64,000 nt of DNA from an uncultured candidate division Zixibacteria bacterium. GTDB lineage: Bacteria; Zixibacteria; MSB-5A5; GN15; FEB-12. Shown here in pieces: positions 31,630-42,145 of the stretch. The number at the start of each line of letters is the position of its first letter. Position 1 is the stretch's first letter. The notes beneath the pieces are model-generated. The model made no database searches, had not been told where the DNA came from, and saw nothing but the letters and a program-made list of their open reading frames with translations. A program made the translations under genes and the position numbers. The DNA lies in assembly GCA_963735035.1 (NCBI GenBank), contig CAVTJJ010000004.1, positions 992,001-1,056,000 of the forward strand, read 5' to 3'.

Positions 31630-33348
31630 TTGATGGTCCGCTGGATTTTGACAACGCTGAGTACGCTGGCTTTGGTGATTACAACCGCGGGGGATATCTC
31701 CGCCGCCCGGACCAAAGAATCTTACGACAAGTTGACCACGGAAATTCTGGAAACGCTTCAGGCCTACTACCCGGTTCAGGCCACCGAAAAAGGCATCCAT
31801 GCCTACGATCACAGTCTGGCCGATTTTTCGTCAGGTGCGGTAAAGCAGATGCGCAGCAAGCTGACCAATTTCAGTGAAAGGCTGTACCAGTACCGTAACT
31901 TCGCGTTTGATACTGCCGACGCCATCGATTTCAAGTTGATCCGCTCCAATGTAGAGACCGCTCTGCTCGACCTGAAAGAAATCAAGTGGCACGAACGGTC
32001 GCCCCAGTTGTACGTCGATGAAGCCGTCAACGGCATATACTTCCTGCTCCTGTCGCAGCATGCTCCGCTGTCGGAGAAATTGCTTTCCATACTGTCGCGG
32101 ATGAAGGCTGTTCCTGACCTGTTCGAGACCGCCCGCCAGAATCTCAAGCATCCCCCCAAAGTCTATCTCGATCTGGCCGGCGAGTCATTGGAGTCGGCAC
32201 AGACTTTCTATCAGGATGTGGCCGGCGAACTGATGCGCCAGATTCCCGACCGGGCCGATGAAATCCTTCAGGTATCCACGCGGGCGCGTGAATCCATGAA
32301 TGATTTTGCCGGTTTTCTGAGTGGCCTGCAGGCTGGTCCCGACACGGCCATCGCTATAGGGAAAGTCAATTTCGACTACATGCTGTCGCACACCCACTTT
32401 CTCAATTTCGGTTCTGATTCCCTTCTGGCGCTGGGAGAAAATCTGCTCGCCCAGGCGCAGAACGATTACGCCGAATATCAGAAATATGTCGACGAGAACC
32501 GCCAGACCGGGCGCGACTCCATTTTTGTCCCTGCCAGTTTCTGCAAGAAAGACGTCCTCGACTATTACCAGTGGGAAACGAATCAACTGCGCGTGTTCCT
32601 GACAGATAATAACATCCTCAATATACCGGACGATATCGCGCCGGTAGAAGTCGTGGAGATACCGCCGTTCCTTAAGAGCATGGTGGCCGGAATAGCCTAT
32701 CAGGGAGGCGGTCCTTTCGATCAGGTGCAGCGTGGTATTTTCTACGTACGTCCGATTCAGGATACCCTGGATCCGATACAGCGCGATGCCTGGTACCGGT
32801 ATGTGCATCGTCGCGGCTTCAAAGGCTCAGCCGTGCACGAGGCCTATCCGGGTCACCACCTGCAGATGCAAATGGCCGGGCGGAACCGGTCCCCGATCCG
32901 GAAATGGCAGTCGAACACGATGATGATCGAAGGTTGGGCGCTGTACTCCGAAGAGTTGATGTACCAGGCTGGACTCTATGGTGATGAAGACCCCGCGATG
33001 TGGCTCGCCATCCTTGGGGGAATCCGCTACCGCGCGGCGCGAATAGTCGCCGATGTCAAACTTCAGACCGGTCAGTTCACCTACGATCAGTGTGCAGAGT
33101 GGATGATTCAGACGCTCTGCGCCGAATCTGAATCTGACAAAGAGTACCATCGGAAGATGGTCCGCAAGTACACTTTGACGCCTACCAACTGGATGGCTTA
33201 TCTGGTCGGCAAAATCGAGATCGAGCGACTACGCGATGACGTCATGAATCGCGACGGCGACGAGTACAACGAGGGCATGTTTTACGATCAGTTGCTGTCG
33301 CTCGGTTCGATCCCACCCGCTCTGGCGCGGGAGGCGTTCGGACTGTAA
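31630..33348 (+). CDS. DUF885 family secreted protein (putative metallopeptidase)
   Basis: Signal peptide; HEAYPGHHLQ, EGWALYSE, RIVADVKL, AYLVGK. Confidence 0.88.
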   Translation: MMVRWILTTLSTLALVITTAGDISAARTKESYDKLTTEILETLQAYYPVQATEKGIHAYDHSLADFSSGAVKQMRSKLTNFSERLYQYRNFAFDTADAIDFKLIRSNVETALLDLKEIKWHERSPQLYVDEAVNGIYFLLLSQHAPLSEKLLSILSRMKAVPDLFETARQNLKHPPKVYLDLAGESLESAQTFYQDVAGELMRQIPDRADEILQVSTRARESMNDFAGFLSGLQAGPDTAIAIGKVNFDYMLSHTHFLNFGSDSLLALGENLLAQAQNDYAEYQKYVDENRQTGRDSIFVPASFCKKDVLDYYQWETNQLRVFLTDNNILNIPDDIAPVEVVEIPPFLKSMVAGIAYQGGGPFDQVQRGIFYVRPIQDTLDPIQRDAWYRYVHRRGFKGSAVHEAYPGHHLQMQMAGRNRSPIRKWQSNTMMIEGWALYSEELMYQAGLYGDEDPAMWLAILGGIRYRAARIVADVKLQTGQFTYDQCAEWMIQTLCAESESDKEYHRKMVRKYTLTPTNWMAYLVGKIEIERLRDDVMNRDGDEYNEGMFYDQLLSLGSIPPALAREAFGL

Positions 33349-33586
33349 TAATGCCGACCTGAGCGGCTGACTCTCGCTCACAGGCTGGTAAGGTCGTGTT
33401 GCGGATTTGAGACAAGCCCGTAACCAGCTTTGCGCCAATAAAATACCGGAAACGCTTTCAGGGCAGGCTAAGAGAGGAAAATGATTCCTGGTCTCTTAGA
33501 ACCAAGCTCCTACCGGGCAAGAAGATAGAGGATAGAACTCCCTTTTTCGCTGTTGCACACTCCAACCGCTTCGTATATTGAGACAT

Positions 33587-34075
33587 ATGGCTGGGAATAT
33601 GATGTGGGCTCCTTGGAGAGCCGCCTTTATTTTGGGCAAGAAAGAGAAGGGGTGTGTCTTCTGCAACCGGCTCGGGATGAAGGATACGGTCGAAAGCCTG
33701 ATACTTTATCGCGGCGAGAAGAACTTCGTCATTCTCAACAAATATCCTTACAACTCCGGTCATACGCTGGTGGTCCCCAATCGACACGTGGGACAGCTCG
33801 AAAAACTTACTGAAGCCGAAGCCGTTGAGTTCTTCGATCTGACTCGCAAGAGCGTCGCGATCATCAAGAATACTCTGAAGCCGCAGGCTCTGAACGTAGG
33901 TATGAATCTCGGCCGGATGTCCGGCGCCGGCATTCCGGGACACTTGCACATGCACATCGTTCCGCGCTGGAATGGTGACACTAACTTCATGCCGGTTCTC
34001 GGTCGTACTTCCGTAATTTCTGTTCCCCTGGAGCCCATCTGGAAAAAGCTTCGTCGGGAGTTCAGCCGCCTATGA
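33587..34075 (+). CDS. HIT-domain protein (Ap4A phosphorylase-like)
   Basis: WAPWR, CVFC, LNKYPYNSGH, HLHMHIVPRW.GD.NFMP. Confidence 0.92.
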   Translation: MAGNMMWAPWRAAFILGKKEKGCVFCNRLGMKDTVESLILYRGEKNFVILNKYPYNSGHTLVVPNRHVGQLEKLTEAEAVEFFDLTRKSVAIIKNTLKPQALNVGMNLGRMSGAGIPGHLHMHIVPRWNGDTNFMPVLGRTSVISVPLEPIWKKLRREFSRL

Positions 34076-35670
34076 AGAAGGGTACGATCCCGACCAAGTC
34101 GGAGCTGCTCCGACTTCAGAAGCTTTACAAGACCGACGAGAAGATCGGTGAGCGGTTGGGTGGCGCCCCGGCCTATCTGGTGGCCTACTGGCGGCGCAAG
34201 AAGGATGTCCCCAAGTATTCGCTGCCCAAGTTCTCTGAAATTGAAGTCCGAAATCTCTGGGAGCGATACGGTGACGACGAAAAGGCCGGACTTGAGTTGG
34301 GCATTTCCAAAGCCGCCTTTTACAATTGGCGCCGTCGCTATGGATTGCGACAGAAGCCGGAATTTCTCAAGCTCGAGCAATTGGAACTGAATTTCCCCGG
34401 CATGGTGGTGCCGTCGCACGCCAATTCTCTTTATGGACATCGGACCGTGGCGCAAAAGATTCTCGCAAGGCTGGCTGAACTTGAGCAAGTAGAGGTCGGA
34501 CAGGAAGTGGAAATCGAGCCTGATCTGACCGTCACGCCCGGCGGCGCAGCTCCGGCAGTGCGAGAGTTCCTCCGCCAGTCGGAACATGTCTGGAATCCAT
34601 CCCGTATTGTTCTTCTTCCCGGTCACGCCCCTGAGGATGCAAGCAGTTCGATCTCCGAGGGACATCAGCAAGTGCGGGATTTCGCCCGTAGGCAGAGTAT
34701 CAAAGCGTTCTACGATCTTCAGGAAGGCAACTGCCCGCAGATTGCTCTAGAGCGTGGTTATGTTACCCCGGGCAGTCTGATTATCGGTACCGGACGACAG
34801 ACCCTTGTTTACGGTGCGTTGTCGGCGATGGCTGTGACCGTCAGCCCCGCCGAGCTGGCAGCCGCGTGGGTAGGAGGCAAGCATCGTATCGTCGTGCCTG
34901 AGACGGTTCGCATTGTTATCAGCGGTCGCCGGGCGCGTGGTGTGAACGCGGTGGATATCGCTCTTTGTGTGATCAAACGACTGGCCGGAGAGGATCTCTC
35001 GGGCCGCGTCATCGAATACACCGGCGGTGTCATCTCACAGATGTCAATCGGCGAGCGCTGCACCCTGGCGGACGTTGTCCGCCGACACCGGGGCGTTCGC
35101 GGCGTGTGCGCCTATGATGCCACGACCCGTCGCTATCTGACCGGGCGAACTATGAATCGGTTCCAGCCGGTGATCCCGGACAAGGACGCCGAGTACCGGC
35201 AGATGTACCAGATTAACATCGATCAACTGACTCCACAGGGAGCGCCGCTCAATAAATTGTCGGAGGCTCGCGCCATCGCCGAGTTGCGAGACCTGCCGAT
35301 CCAACACATTCTGCTCGGGGGCTGTACTTGCGGACGTTTAGAGGATCTTCGGATCGCCGCTGAAATTATTCGCGGTCACGAAGTTCACGAAGGTTGTCGG
35401 CTTTATATCGTCCCCGGTTCACGCGCGGTCTTTCTCGAAGCGCTAAAGAAGGGGCTGATCCGGGTATTCGTCGAGGCCGGAGCGATTGTGGATCACCCCG
35501 GAAGTCTGATCGCTCTCCCTGCCCACACCGCGGGGGAGAAGGGCTTGACCACGTTTCGACTCGACTCTTCCGGACTCTCCGATGCTGATATAACGTTCTG
35601 TTCACCCGCGACCGCGGCGGCGTCGGCACTCCACGGTGTCATCACCGATCCGACCGGGTACGGACGGTAG
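34072..35670 (+). CDS. Tandem-HTH fused to a degenerate aconitase/LeuC-HacA large-subunit domain
   Basis: Two HTH-like repeats at aa ~8-90; then TVAQKILAR..., VPETVRI, GGCTCGRLEDLR, CSPATAAASALHGVITDP; most catalytic and Fe-S motifs altered. Confidence 0.8.
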   Translation: MKKGTIPTKSELLRLQKLYKTDEKIGERLGGAPAYLVAYWRRKKDVPKYSLPKFSEIEVRNLWERYGDDEKAGLELGISKAAFYNWRRRYGLRQKPEFLKLEQLELNFPGMVVPSHANSLYGHRTVAQKILARLAELEQVEVGQEVEIEPDLTVTPGGAAPAVREFLRQSEHVWNPSRIVLLPGHAPEDASSSISEGHQQVRDFARRQSIKAFYDLQEGNCPQIALERGYVTPGSLIIGTGRQTLVYGALSAMAVTVSPAELAAAWVGGKHRIVVPETVRIVISGRRARGVNAVDIALCVIKRLAGEDLSGRVIEYTGGVISQMSIGERCTLADVVRRHRGVRGVCAYDATTRRYLTGRTMNRFQPVIPDKDAEYRQMYQINIDQLTPQGAPLNKLSEARAIAELRDLPIQHILLGGCTCGRLEDLRIAAEIIRGHEVHEGCRLYIVPGSRAVFLEALKKGLIRVFVEAGAIVDHPGSLIALPAHTAGEKGLTTFRLDSSGLSDADITFCSPATAAASALHGVITDPTGYGR

Positions 35671-35900
35671 GACTTTACCTCGATTCATCGGGTCTTCGGC
35701 CCTCGAGCGTATTTCAAATAGACTCGGGACTCTTGCTCTTCATCATTTTTTTATTTACAGCCTCATTTGAGGCTTGTAGGTTCTTTGCCGCTGAAGCTCT
35801 ATTTATGTGTGGCTCGGCGAATGGAAACTTGGCTGTACGACAGAGACAATGGACAGATAACCGATAGCGGGAACACGGACGAACCTTTCAAGGAGGTGTT

Positions 35901-36551
35901 ATGAGAAAAGCAATAGCGGTGACATTGTTGATGGTGATTCTCTCAAGTGCCAGTGTCGCACTTGCCGGAGAAATGAAGCCCGCCTTTTACTTAGGTGGCG
36001 GCCTGACTATGCCGATGAGCCCGAAGTTCCTTAGCGACAACTATAACATGGGTATTAGTGGGGCAGGTCGTGTCGGTTTTGCTCTCTCTCCAGCGGTTGA
36101 ATTGGGTTTTTCAATTGGCTACAACATCATCCCGATGGATGATGCGAAGCGTACGGCATGGATCGAGTCAGCGTTGGGAGAGCCGCTTCCAGTAGGTGTA
36201 ACTGTCGATGGTCTTAGCGGCAAGGCCCTCGAATTTTTGGCTGATGCCAAATATGTGTTTGGTGAGAGCGCCGAGGCAAAACCGTTTGCCCCGTACATGC
36301 TTGCGGCTCTTGGGATGACCAAGACTTCATGGGGTGACATTACTATGTCCGGTGGAGGACTAAGTGTATCGATTCCGGTCCCCGGAAGCTCGACTGATTT
36401 TACTCTGGGATTTGGCGCCGGATTCCAGTACATGTTCGGCCCGAAGGTCGGGTTCTGGCTTGACGGCAAGTATATGGTAATCTTGACCGAAGGCGAGAGT
36501 ACGGCTCATCTGCCAATACGCGCCGGCCTCAAGTTCATGCTCGGCCAGTAA
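35901..36551 (+). CDS. Outer-membrane beta-barrel protein (OmpA/OmpW-like)
   Basis: AGGAGG RBS, signal peptide, amphipathic strands, terminal strand RAGLKF. Confidence 0.8.
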   Translation: MRKAIAVTLLMVILSSASVALAGEMKPAFYLGGGLTMPMSPKFLSDNYNMGISGAGRVGFALSPAVELGFSIGYNIIPMDDAKRTAWIESALGEPLPVGVTVDGLSGKALEFLADAKYVFGESAEAKPFAPYMLAALGMTKTSWGDITMSGGGLSVSIPVPGSSTDFTLGFGAGFQYMFGPKVGFWLDGKYMVILTEGESTAHLPIRAGLKFMLGQ

Positions 36552-36576
36552 GTCAATCCGCGTTCTTCGAGGTCTG

Positions 36577-36607
36577 AAAGCCCCGCCCTTGTGCGGGGTT
36601 TTCTTTT
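36577..36607 (+). terminator. Rho-independent terminator
   Basis: GCCCCGC-loop-GCGGGGT followed by TTTCTTTT. Confidence 0.75.
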
Positions 36608-36654
36608 GCCAGCTTTTTGTTGCCTCCTGGACCAAGTGCGCTGCTAGGTAAGGG

Positions 36655-37623
36655 GTGGAAACGAGAGACGCGGTAGCCTTCGATCTTACCGATGTTCGCA
36701 CCCGAGCCGAATTGCTTCCACTTTGTCGTCTCGGACCCGGTGAACTGTGGCGCGACCCGGTCAACGGCCATATCGTCGCCTGCGGCGACGCCACCGATGC
36801 GGATTTCATCCGTTCAATATTCTCTGATGAGACGCGCCCGACCCTGGCCCTTCACGACCCACCCTACAATATGGTCGCGTTTGATCGTCGCCCTGTTACG
36901 GAATACGTCGACTGGTGCCGCAAGTGGATCGACCTTACGCATGACCTGCTTGCTGATGACAGCGCTCTCTATATCTGGCTGGGGGCGGATCAGAAGAATC
37001 ATTTCCAGCCGTTGCCGCAGTTCATGGCGATGATGGCCGATACCAGATTCGATTCGCGGTCATTCATCACGATGCGCAATCAACGTGGATACGGTACGCA
37101 AAAGAACTGGATGGCCGTACGTCAGGAGCTGCTGTATTACATCAAAGGTCAGCCGTCGTTTCAGGTCCAGTACACTGATATTCCCAAAATCCTTCGCGGA
37201 TATTACAAAGAAGTCAACGGCGCCCGCACCGAGAATCTGGAACGCTCACACTCCGATTGTATTCGTCCGGGCAACGTCTGGGTGGATATCCAGCAGGTGT
37301 TCTATCGCATGGAAGAAAATGTCCCCGGTTGTTACGCGCAGAAGCCGCTGAAGGCGATCGAGCGGATCGTGGCGTCGTCATCACAACCGGGGGATACGGT
37401 GATAGATTTCTTCGCCCATTCCGGCACGACTGTGCTCGCGTGCGAGCGACTGGGACGGCGCTGTGTGACGATTGATATTGATCCGATCTTCGCGGAGATT
37501 ACCATCCGTCGACTGGAGCATTATCGTGCGACCGGTAGAACCGGCTGGCAGAGGGAGAGCCCGTTTAGTGCGGACGTAGTCCCAGAGAAGTCGGCAGATG
37601 TGGGCATCTGCCGGGCACGCTGA
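36655..37623 (+). CDS. Orphan N6-adenine/N4-cytosine DNA methyltransferase (beta class)
   Basis: DPPY precedes the FxGxG-like DFFAHSGT; QKP..AIERI; no restriction gene adjacent; last ~12 codons are supplied by a REP. Confidence 0.88.
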   Translation: METRDAVAFDLTDVRTRAELLPLCRLGPGELWRDPVNGHIVACGDATDADFIRSIFSDETRPTLALHDPPYNMVAFDRRPVTEYVDWCRKWIDLTHDLLADDSALYIWLGADQKNHFQPLPQFMAMMADTRFDSRSFITMRNQRGYGTQKNWMAVRQELLYYIKGQPSFQVQYTDIPKILRGYYKEVNGARTENLERSHSDCIRPGNVWVDIQQVFYRMEENVPGCYAQKPLKAIERIVASSSQPGDTVIDFFAHSGTTVLACERLGRRCVTIDIDPIFAEITIRRLEHYRATGRTGWQRESPFSADVVPEKSADVGICRAR

Positions 37624-37863
37624 TCCCATAGGGCGGGTCCGCTTCGAACCCGCCATCTTACGCTCTTGGGGCAGACGAGGATGTCCGCCGCCCACGCATG
37701 ACCGCAGAGAAGTCGGCAGATGTGGACATCTGCCAGGCACGGTGATCCCGTAGGGCGGGTCCGCTTCGAACCCGCCATCTTACGCTCTTGGGGCAGACGA
37801 GGACATCTGCCGCCCACGCATGACCTCAGAGAAGTCGGCAGATGTGGGCATCTGCCGGGCACG
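37584..37863. repeat. 122-bp tandem REP mosaic (2 units plus 36 nt)
   Basis: AGAGAAGTCGGCAGATG recurs at 37584, 37706 and 37828; each unit holds three different palindromes. Confidence 0.92.
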
Positions 37864-37972
37864 GTAATGTTGAAAAGTCACGATAGCGGGCAGGAACAAG
37901 GGGGCGAGTCAATAGTCACTTAGAGAAGCCGGCTTGTAAGCATGTTTGGAGCGACAGACCGCTCGCTTCGGC

Positions 37973-38647
37973 TCAGAAGTGATAAGTAAGTTGCGCCCCC
38001 ACGCCTTTCTTGGTTGGCCCAAGATCAAAACCCAGAACTTCTTCATCGCTTTGTATTTCGATGAGATGGCCAAAGCCGGGGTTAGCTTTCTTGTTCATTC
38101 TGCTCGCGGTAATAGGGGCGTCAATCATTGACCAGATGGCCGCTCCTCCCGCTAAGCCCAACCCCACATACCACCAGGTGGTAGTTTCGGTCACGACATG
38201 ATCGTAGTACCCACCCCGGTTCGGGTCGAAGCGGGACTCCGTGCGATTATCATACCCCAGACCGAATAACGTAACTGCACCGCCGACGTACACGGTTGTC
38301 TGTATAATACCTTTAGTTGTCTGGCCATTGTAGTATTGACCACCGCCTGGTATCAAGAAGGAGAGCAGAAATGACAGGGTTGGTGATTTTGCTTTGGTTC
38401 CTGCCGCAGGTTGAAAGGATTCGATCTCCTCTGTATATATCTTCTGGACATTTGCCATTTCATAAGAGAAGATCTTGCCGTCGTCAGTCTGAATCTTCAG
38501 CGACACATTCGGTACTTGTTCGATTATCGTGCCCCGGACAACGGAGCCATCTTTCAGTTGCACCACATCTTGCGCGGTTTGTTGAGCCAGGGAGCAAGTA
38601 TTTGCCAGCAGCATTCCGAAGAAACACAGCAGGAAACTCTTGAACAT
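37973..38647 (-). CDS. Secreted/membrane hypothetical protein (TM2/DUF5683-like)
   Basis: Signal peptide; DVVQLKDGSVVRGTIIE; KSP..FLLSFLIPGGGQYYNG; GGAGGAAGG RBS. Confidence 0.75.
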   Translation of the reverse strand: MFKSFLLCFFGMLLANTCSLAQQTAQDVVQLKDGSVVRGTIIEQVPNVSLKIQTDDGKIFSYEMANVQKIYTEEIESFQPAAGTKAKSPTLSFLLSFLIPGGGQYYNGQTTKGIIQTTVYVGGAVTLFGLGYDNRTESRFDPNRGGYYDHVVTETTTWWYVGLGLAGGAAIWSMIDAPITASRMNKKANPGFGHLIEIQSDEEVLGFDLGPTKKGVGAQLTYHF

Positions 38648-38753
38648 ACCTTCCTCCAAATCATGTCGAAGTCGCGAACCTGTCTCCACTATAGACTAAT
38701 CACTTGACGTCCACACGTCAAGGGGTATTGGTTTCGCATTGTATGACGAGGTC

Positions 38754-39006
38754 TTGTAGATCGAAACCAGCCCGCTTCGGGCGGATTCGACACTCACGAT
38801 AGCAGAACCACGGGGTCATGCTCTGCAACTAATCTACATGTCGAAACCGTCCGCCAAGGGCGGCCTGGTTTCGACCTACAACTATCGAAACATCCAAATC
38901 AGAGCTGTGAACTACGGGTTGCAGAGAAGTCGGCAGATGTGGACATCTGCCGGGCACGTTAGTAAGTCACCCTGAGCCCTGAGCTTGCCGAAGGGTCGAA
39001 GGGTGA
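38754..39006. repeat. REP cluster
   Basis: TTGTAGATCGAAACC...GGTTTCGACCTACAA inverted pair near 38754-38880; CGGCAGATGTGGACATCTGCCGGGCAC at 38931-38957; GTCACCCTGAGC...TCGAAGGGTGA near 38966-39006. Confidence 0.8.
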
Positions 39007-39008
39007 TT

Positions 39009-39740
39009 CTACAAAACGACCTGCTTCAGATAACGCAGATCGATCCCCGCGTCGTCCACGCGTCCATATGAGAAGTGTTCGATAAAGTCGCCGGTATTCA
39101 CATATACGCCCTTGTCAAACCTCTTCAACACGGGAATATGCAGGTGGCCGATGAAGACGCCGTCATAGCCATCGCGAAGTTTGTTCTCTGCGAACCGTTC
39201 GTAGTCAGCGGCGAAAGTGTTTTCGCGCCGCGACGAGTATCGTCGCGATGATCTCGACACATACTTGGCCAGGGGGATAGCCCAGTCGGGCGGGAGCCTG
39301 CGATACAGCCAGATATTCACCGGATTGCGCAGGACGCTTTTCAGAATTCGATATCCCTTATCGGCCTCGGCGATACCGTCACCGTGAGTCATGTGCAGTC
39401 GAAGGCCGCCGTACTTGAGATCCAGGTTGTCGCGGTGAAGATATACTCCTATTCGCCTCTGGAAATAGTCATCCATCCAGAAGTCGTGGTTGCCGCTGAC
39501 ATAGTCAACCCTGATGCCGTCGCGAACCAGCTCCCGCAATTGAAGGAGCACGTCGGTGTGTTCTTTCGGGATGGCATGTTTGTATTCGAACCAGAAATCG
39601 AAGAGGTCACCAAGAATGATCAGCCGGTCACCGTCTTTACGGACCAGCGCGATCAGTTCGCTGATCTTCCTGACCTTAGCGTTTTCTTCTTCGTCCGAGC
39701 CACAACCGAGATGAGCGTCGGAGAATACGTAAAGGGCCAT
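39009..39740 (-). CDS. lpxH: UDP-2,3-diacylglucosamine diphosphatase (LpxH-like)
   Basis: SDAHLG, GDLFDFWFEY, GNHDFW, HGD, GHLH, NTGD. Confidence 0.85.
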   Translation of the reverse strand: MALYVFSDAHLGCGSDEEENAKVRKISELIALVRKDGDRLIILGDLFDFWFEYKHAIPKEHTDVLLQLRELVRDGIRVDYVSGNHDFWMDDYFQRRIGVYLHRDNLDLKYGGLRLHMTHGDGIAEADKGYRILKSVLRNPVNIWLYRRLPPDWAIPLAKYVSRSSRRYSSRRENTFAADYERFAENKLRDGYDGVFIGHLHIPVLKRFDKGVYVNTGDFIEHFSYGRVDDAGIDLRYLKQVVL

Positions 39741-39743
39741 GTC

Positions 39744-41990
39744 TTAACCCTTGGTTATTTCCTGCATCATGTGCGGCAGGGCGTTGTACCAATAATCATC
39801 GAGCTCGCTCAGGGGTAGGTCGATCAAACTATTGATCTTCAATCGGTCGCCGCCGACCCGGCCGATTTCCGCCATCGGCAAACTGAGGCGCGAACAGAGT
39901 TCGCGAATGAAGCTGACTTTCTGCGGATCGCACGAGATGATCACTCTCGATTGACTTTCGCCGAACAGGAGACAATCCGGGCGCAGCTTGTCTTCGAGCT
40001 TGATCGTCGCGCCAATTTGATCCTCACGGTTGCTGATGCAACCTTCGGCCAGCGCCACCGCCAGGCCGCCGTCGCTGACATCGTGCGCCGACTTCACCCA
40101 TCCGGATCGGATCGCCGCCAGCACCGCCTGCTGAAGCCGCTTCTCGAAGGCCAGGTCCAGTTCGGGCACCGGGCCACGTGTCTCACCGTGGATGGTGTGT
40201 AGATATTCCGACGCTCCCAGCTCCTCTTTGTTGACGCCGATCAACAGGATGACGTCGCCGTCGCTCTTGAACCACTGGGTCGTGATGTGATCCACGTGCT
40301 CGACCAGGCCGATCATGCCGATGGTCGGTGTCGGAAAGACCGCGCGCTGCGGGTCTTCGTTGTAGAACGAAACATTGCCGCCGGTGACCGGTGTCTCGAA
40401 CACCCGGCAGGCTTCGCCCATCCCGGCGACGGCCTCGGCGAACCCGTAATAGATCTCCGGCTTATACGGATTGCCGAAATTCAGGCAGTTGGTAATTGCG
40501 AGCGGTTTGCCGCCGGAACAGACGATATTTCGCGCCGCCTCGGCCACGGCGCTACGGGCGCCCAGACGCGGATTGAGATAGCAGTAGCGGCCGTTGCAGT
40601 CGGTCGCCATGGCCAGCGCTTTGTCGGTCTTGCGGAGCCGCAACACGGCGGCATCTGAGCCGGGCCCGACCACGGTGTTGGTGCGGACCTGCGAATCGTA
40701 TTGTTCGAACACCCATCCTTTGTGGCACAGGTTGGGGGATGAAAGCATCGTCAGCAGGGTCTCATTCCAGTCGCGGTTGGTCGGATATCGGGAGAGATCG
40801 ATTTGGTTAAGTTCATCGATATACGCCGGCCGCTTGCTCTCGCGATGGTACACCGGCGCGCCGCCACCGAGGACCAACGAGTGCGACGGAATCTGGGCGA
40901 CAATTTCGCCGTTCAGACGGACGGTCATTAGTCCGTCACTGGTGACCTTGCCGACGATTGTCGAATCGAGTCCCCACTTGTCGAACACGGCGCTGACCGC
41001 CTTCTCGTTGCCCTTCTTCACACAGACCAGCATCCGTTCCTGCGATTCGGACAGCAGGATTTCGTACGGGGTCATACCGGTTTCGCGGACGGGGACTTTG
41101 TCGATGTCAAGCAGGATACCGGATTCACCTTTGGCGGACATTTCCGACGACGAACAGGTGAGCCCCGCGGCGCCCATATCCTGAATGCCGACAATCAAAT
41201 CCTGTTCGATGATTTCGAGCGTGGCTTCGAGCAGGAGCTTCTCGGTGAACGGATCGCCGATCTGCACCGAGGGACGTTTCTCCTGTGAGGCTGCGGTGAG
41301 TTCTTCCGAAGCGAACGTGGCGCCATGGATGCCGTCGCGGCCGGTCTTTGAGCCGACCATCATGATCGGGTTGCCCTCGCCCTTGGCGACCGCTGAAGCC
41401 ATCCGGTTGCTCTTGACAATCCCGACCGCCATCGCGTTGACGAGCGGATTGCTGGTGTAGGCATCTTCGAAAATCGTCTCGCCGGCGACGGTCGGTACGC
41501 CGAACGAATTGCCGTAGTCGCCGATCCCGCGCACGACCCCGTCGACCAAATACCGCACACGTGGATTCTTCAGCGAACCGAAACGGAGGGAGTTGAGCGA
41601 AGCAATCGGGCGGGCGCCCATCGTGAAGATATCGCGCATAATGCCACCCACGCCGGTGGCCGCACCCTGATATGGTTCGATTGCCGACGGGTGGTTGTGC
41701 GATTCGATTTTGAAGACGACCGCGAGGCCGTCGCCGATATCAACCGCCCCAGCGTTTTCTTCGCCCGCCTTGGCCAGCAGCGCGGCACCGTCGCGGGGGA
41801 GAGTTTTCAGAAGCGCGATCGAATTCTTGTAGGAACAGTGTTCCGACCACATGACCGAGTAGATACCGAGTTCGGTGAAATTCGGTTCGCGGCCGAGAAC
41901 TTTCTTGATTGATTCGTATTCTTCGTCGGTAAGCCCGTGCTGTTTAATCAGTTCGGGGGTTACTTTCGGTTGGAGAAAAGCTGCGGACAC
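39744..41990 (-). CDS. purL: Phosphoribosylformylglycinamidine synthase subunit PurL
   Basis: [60 protein letters not shown]. Confidence 0.97.
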   Translation of the reverse strand: MSAAFLQPKVTPELIKQHGLTDEEYESIKKVLGREPNFTELGIYSVMWSEHCSYKNSIALLKTLPRDGAALLAKAGEENAGAVDIGDGLAVVFKIESHNHPSAIEPYQGAATGVGGIMRDIFTMGARPIASLNSLRFGSLKNPRVRYLVDGVVRGIGDYGNSFGVPTVAGETIFEDAYTSNPLVNAMAVGIVKSNRMASAVAKGEGNPIMMVGSKTGRDGIHGATFASEELTAASQEKRPSVQIGDPFTEKLLLEATLEIIEQDLIVGIQDMGAAGLTCSSSEMSAKGESGILLDIDKVPVRETGMTPYEILLSESQERMLVCVKKGNEKAVSAVFDKWGLDSTIVGKVTSDGLMTVRLNGEIVAQIPSHSLVLGGGAPVYHRESKRPAYIDELNQIDLSRYPTNRDWNETLLTMLSSPNLCHKGWVFEQYDSQVRTNTVVGPGSDAAVLRLRKTDKALAMATDCNGRYCYLNPRLGARSAVAEAARNIVCSGGKPLAITNCLNFGNPYKPEIYYGFAEAVAGMGEACRVFETPVTGGNVSFYNEDPQRAVFPTPTIGMIGLVEHVDHITTQWFKSDGDVILLIGVNKEELGASEYLHTIHGETRGPVPELDLAFEKRLQQAVLAAIRSGWVKSAHDVSDGGLAVALAEGCISNREDQIGATIKLEDKLRPDCLLFGESQSRVIISCDPQKVSFIRELCSRLSLPMAEIGRVGGDRLKINSLIDLPLSELDDYWYNALPHMMQEITKG

Positions 41991-42145
41991 AAGCGACCCT
42001 TTCGTAATAGAAAGGGCGAATATAGACCCCCCTTGGGGCAGGGTCAACAGGTAAAGCGACTTAGAATTCCAACGCGGTCAGAGACGCGTAGGTCGGGTTC
42101 ACGAGCCGTGAGCACAGCGAACGACGAGCAACCCGACACTCGCCT

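Noticed and set aside
36655..37623. Restriction-modification system
   Set aside because: No endonuclease or specificity gene is adjacent; the neighbours are membrane proteins.
37584..37863. CRISPR array or coding repeat ORFs
   Set aside because: The inter-repeat segments are near-identical rather than unique, and the ORFs reading MPGRCPHLP are translations of the palindrome.
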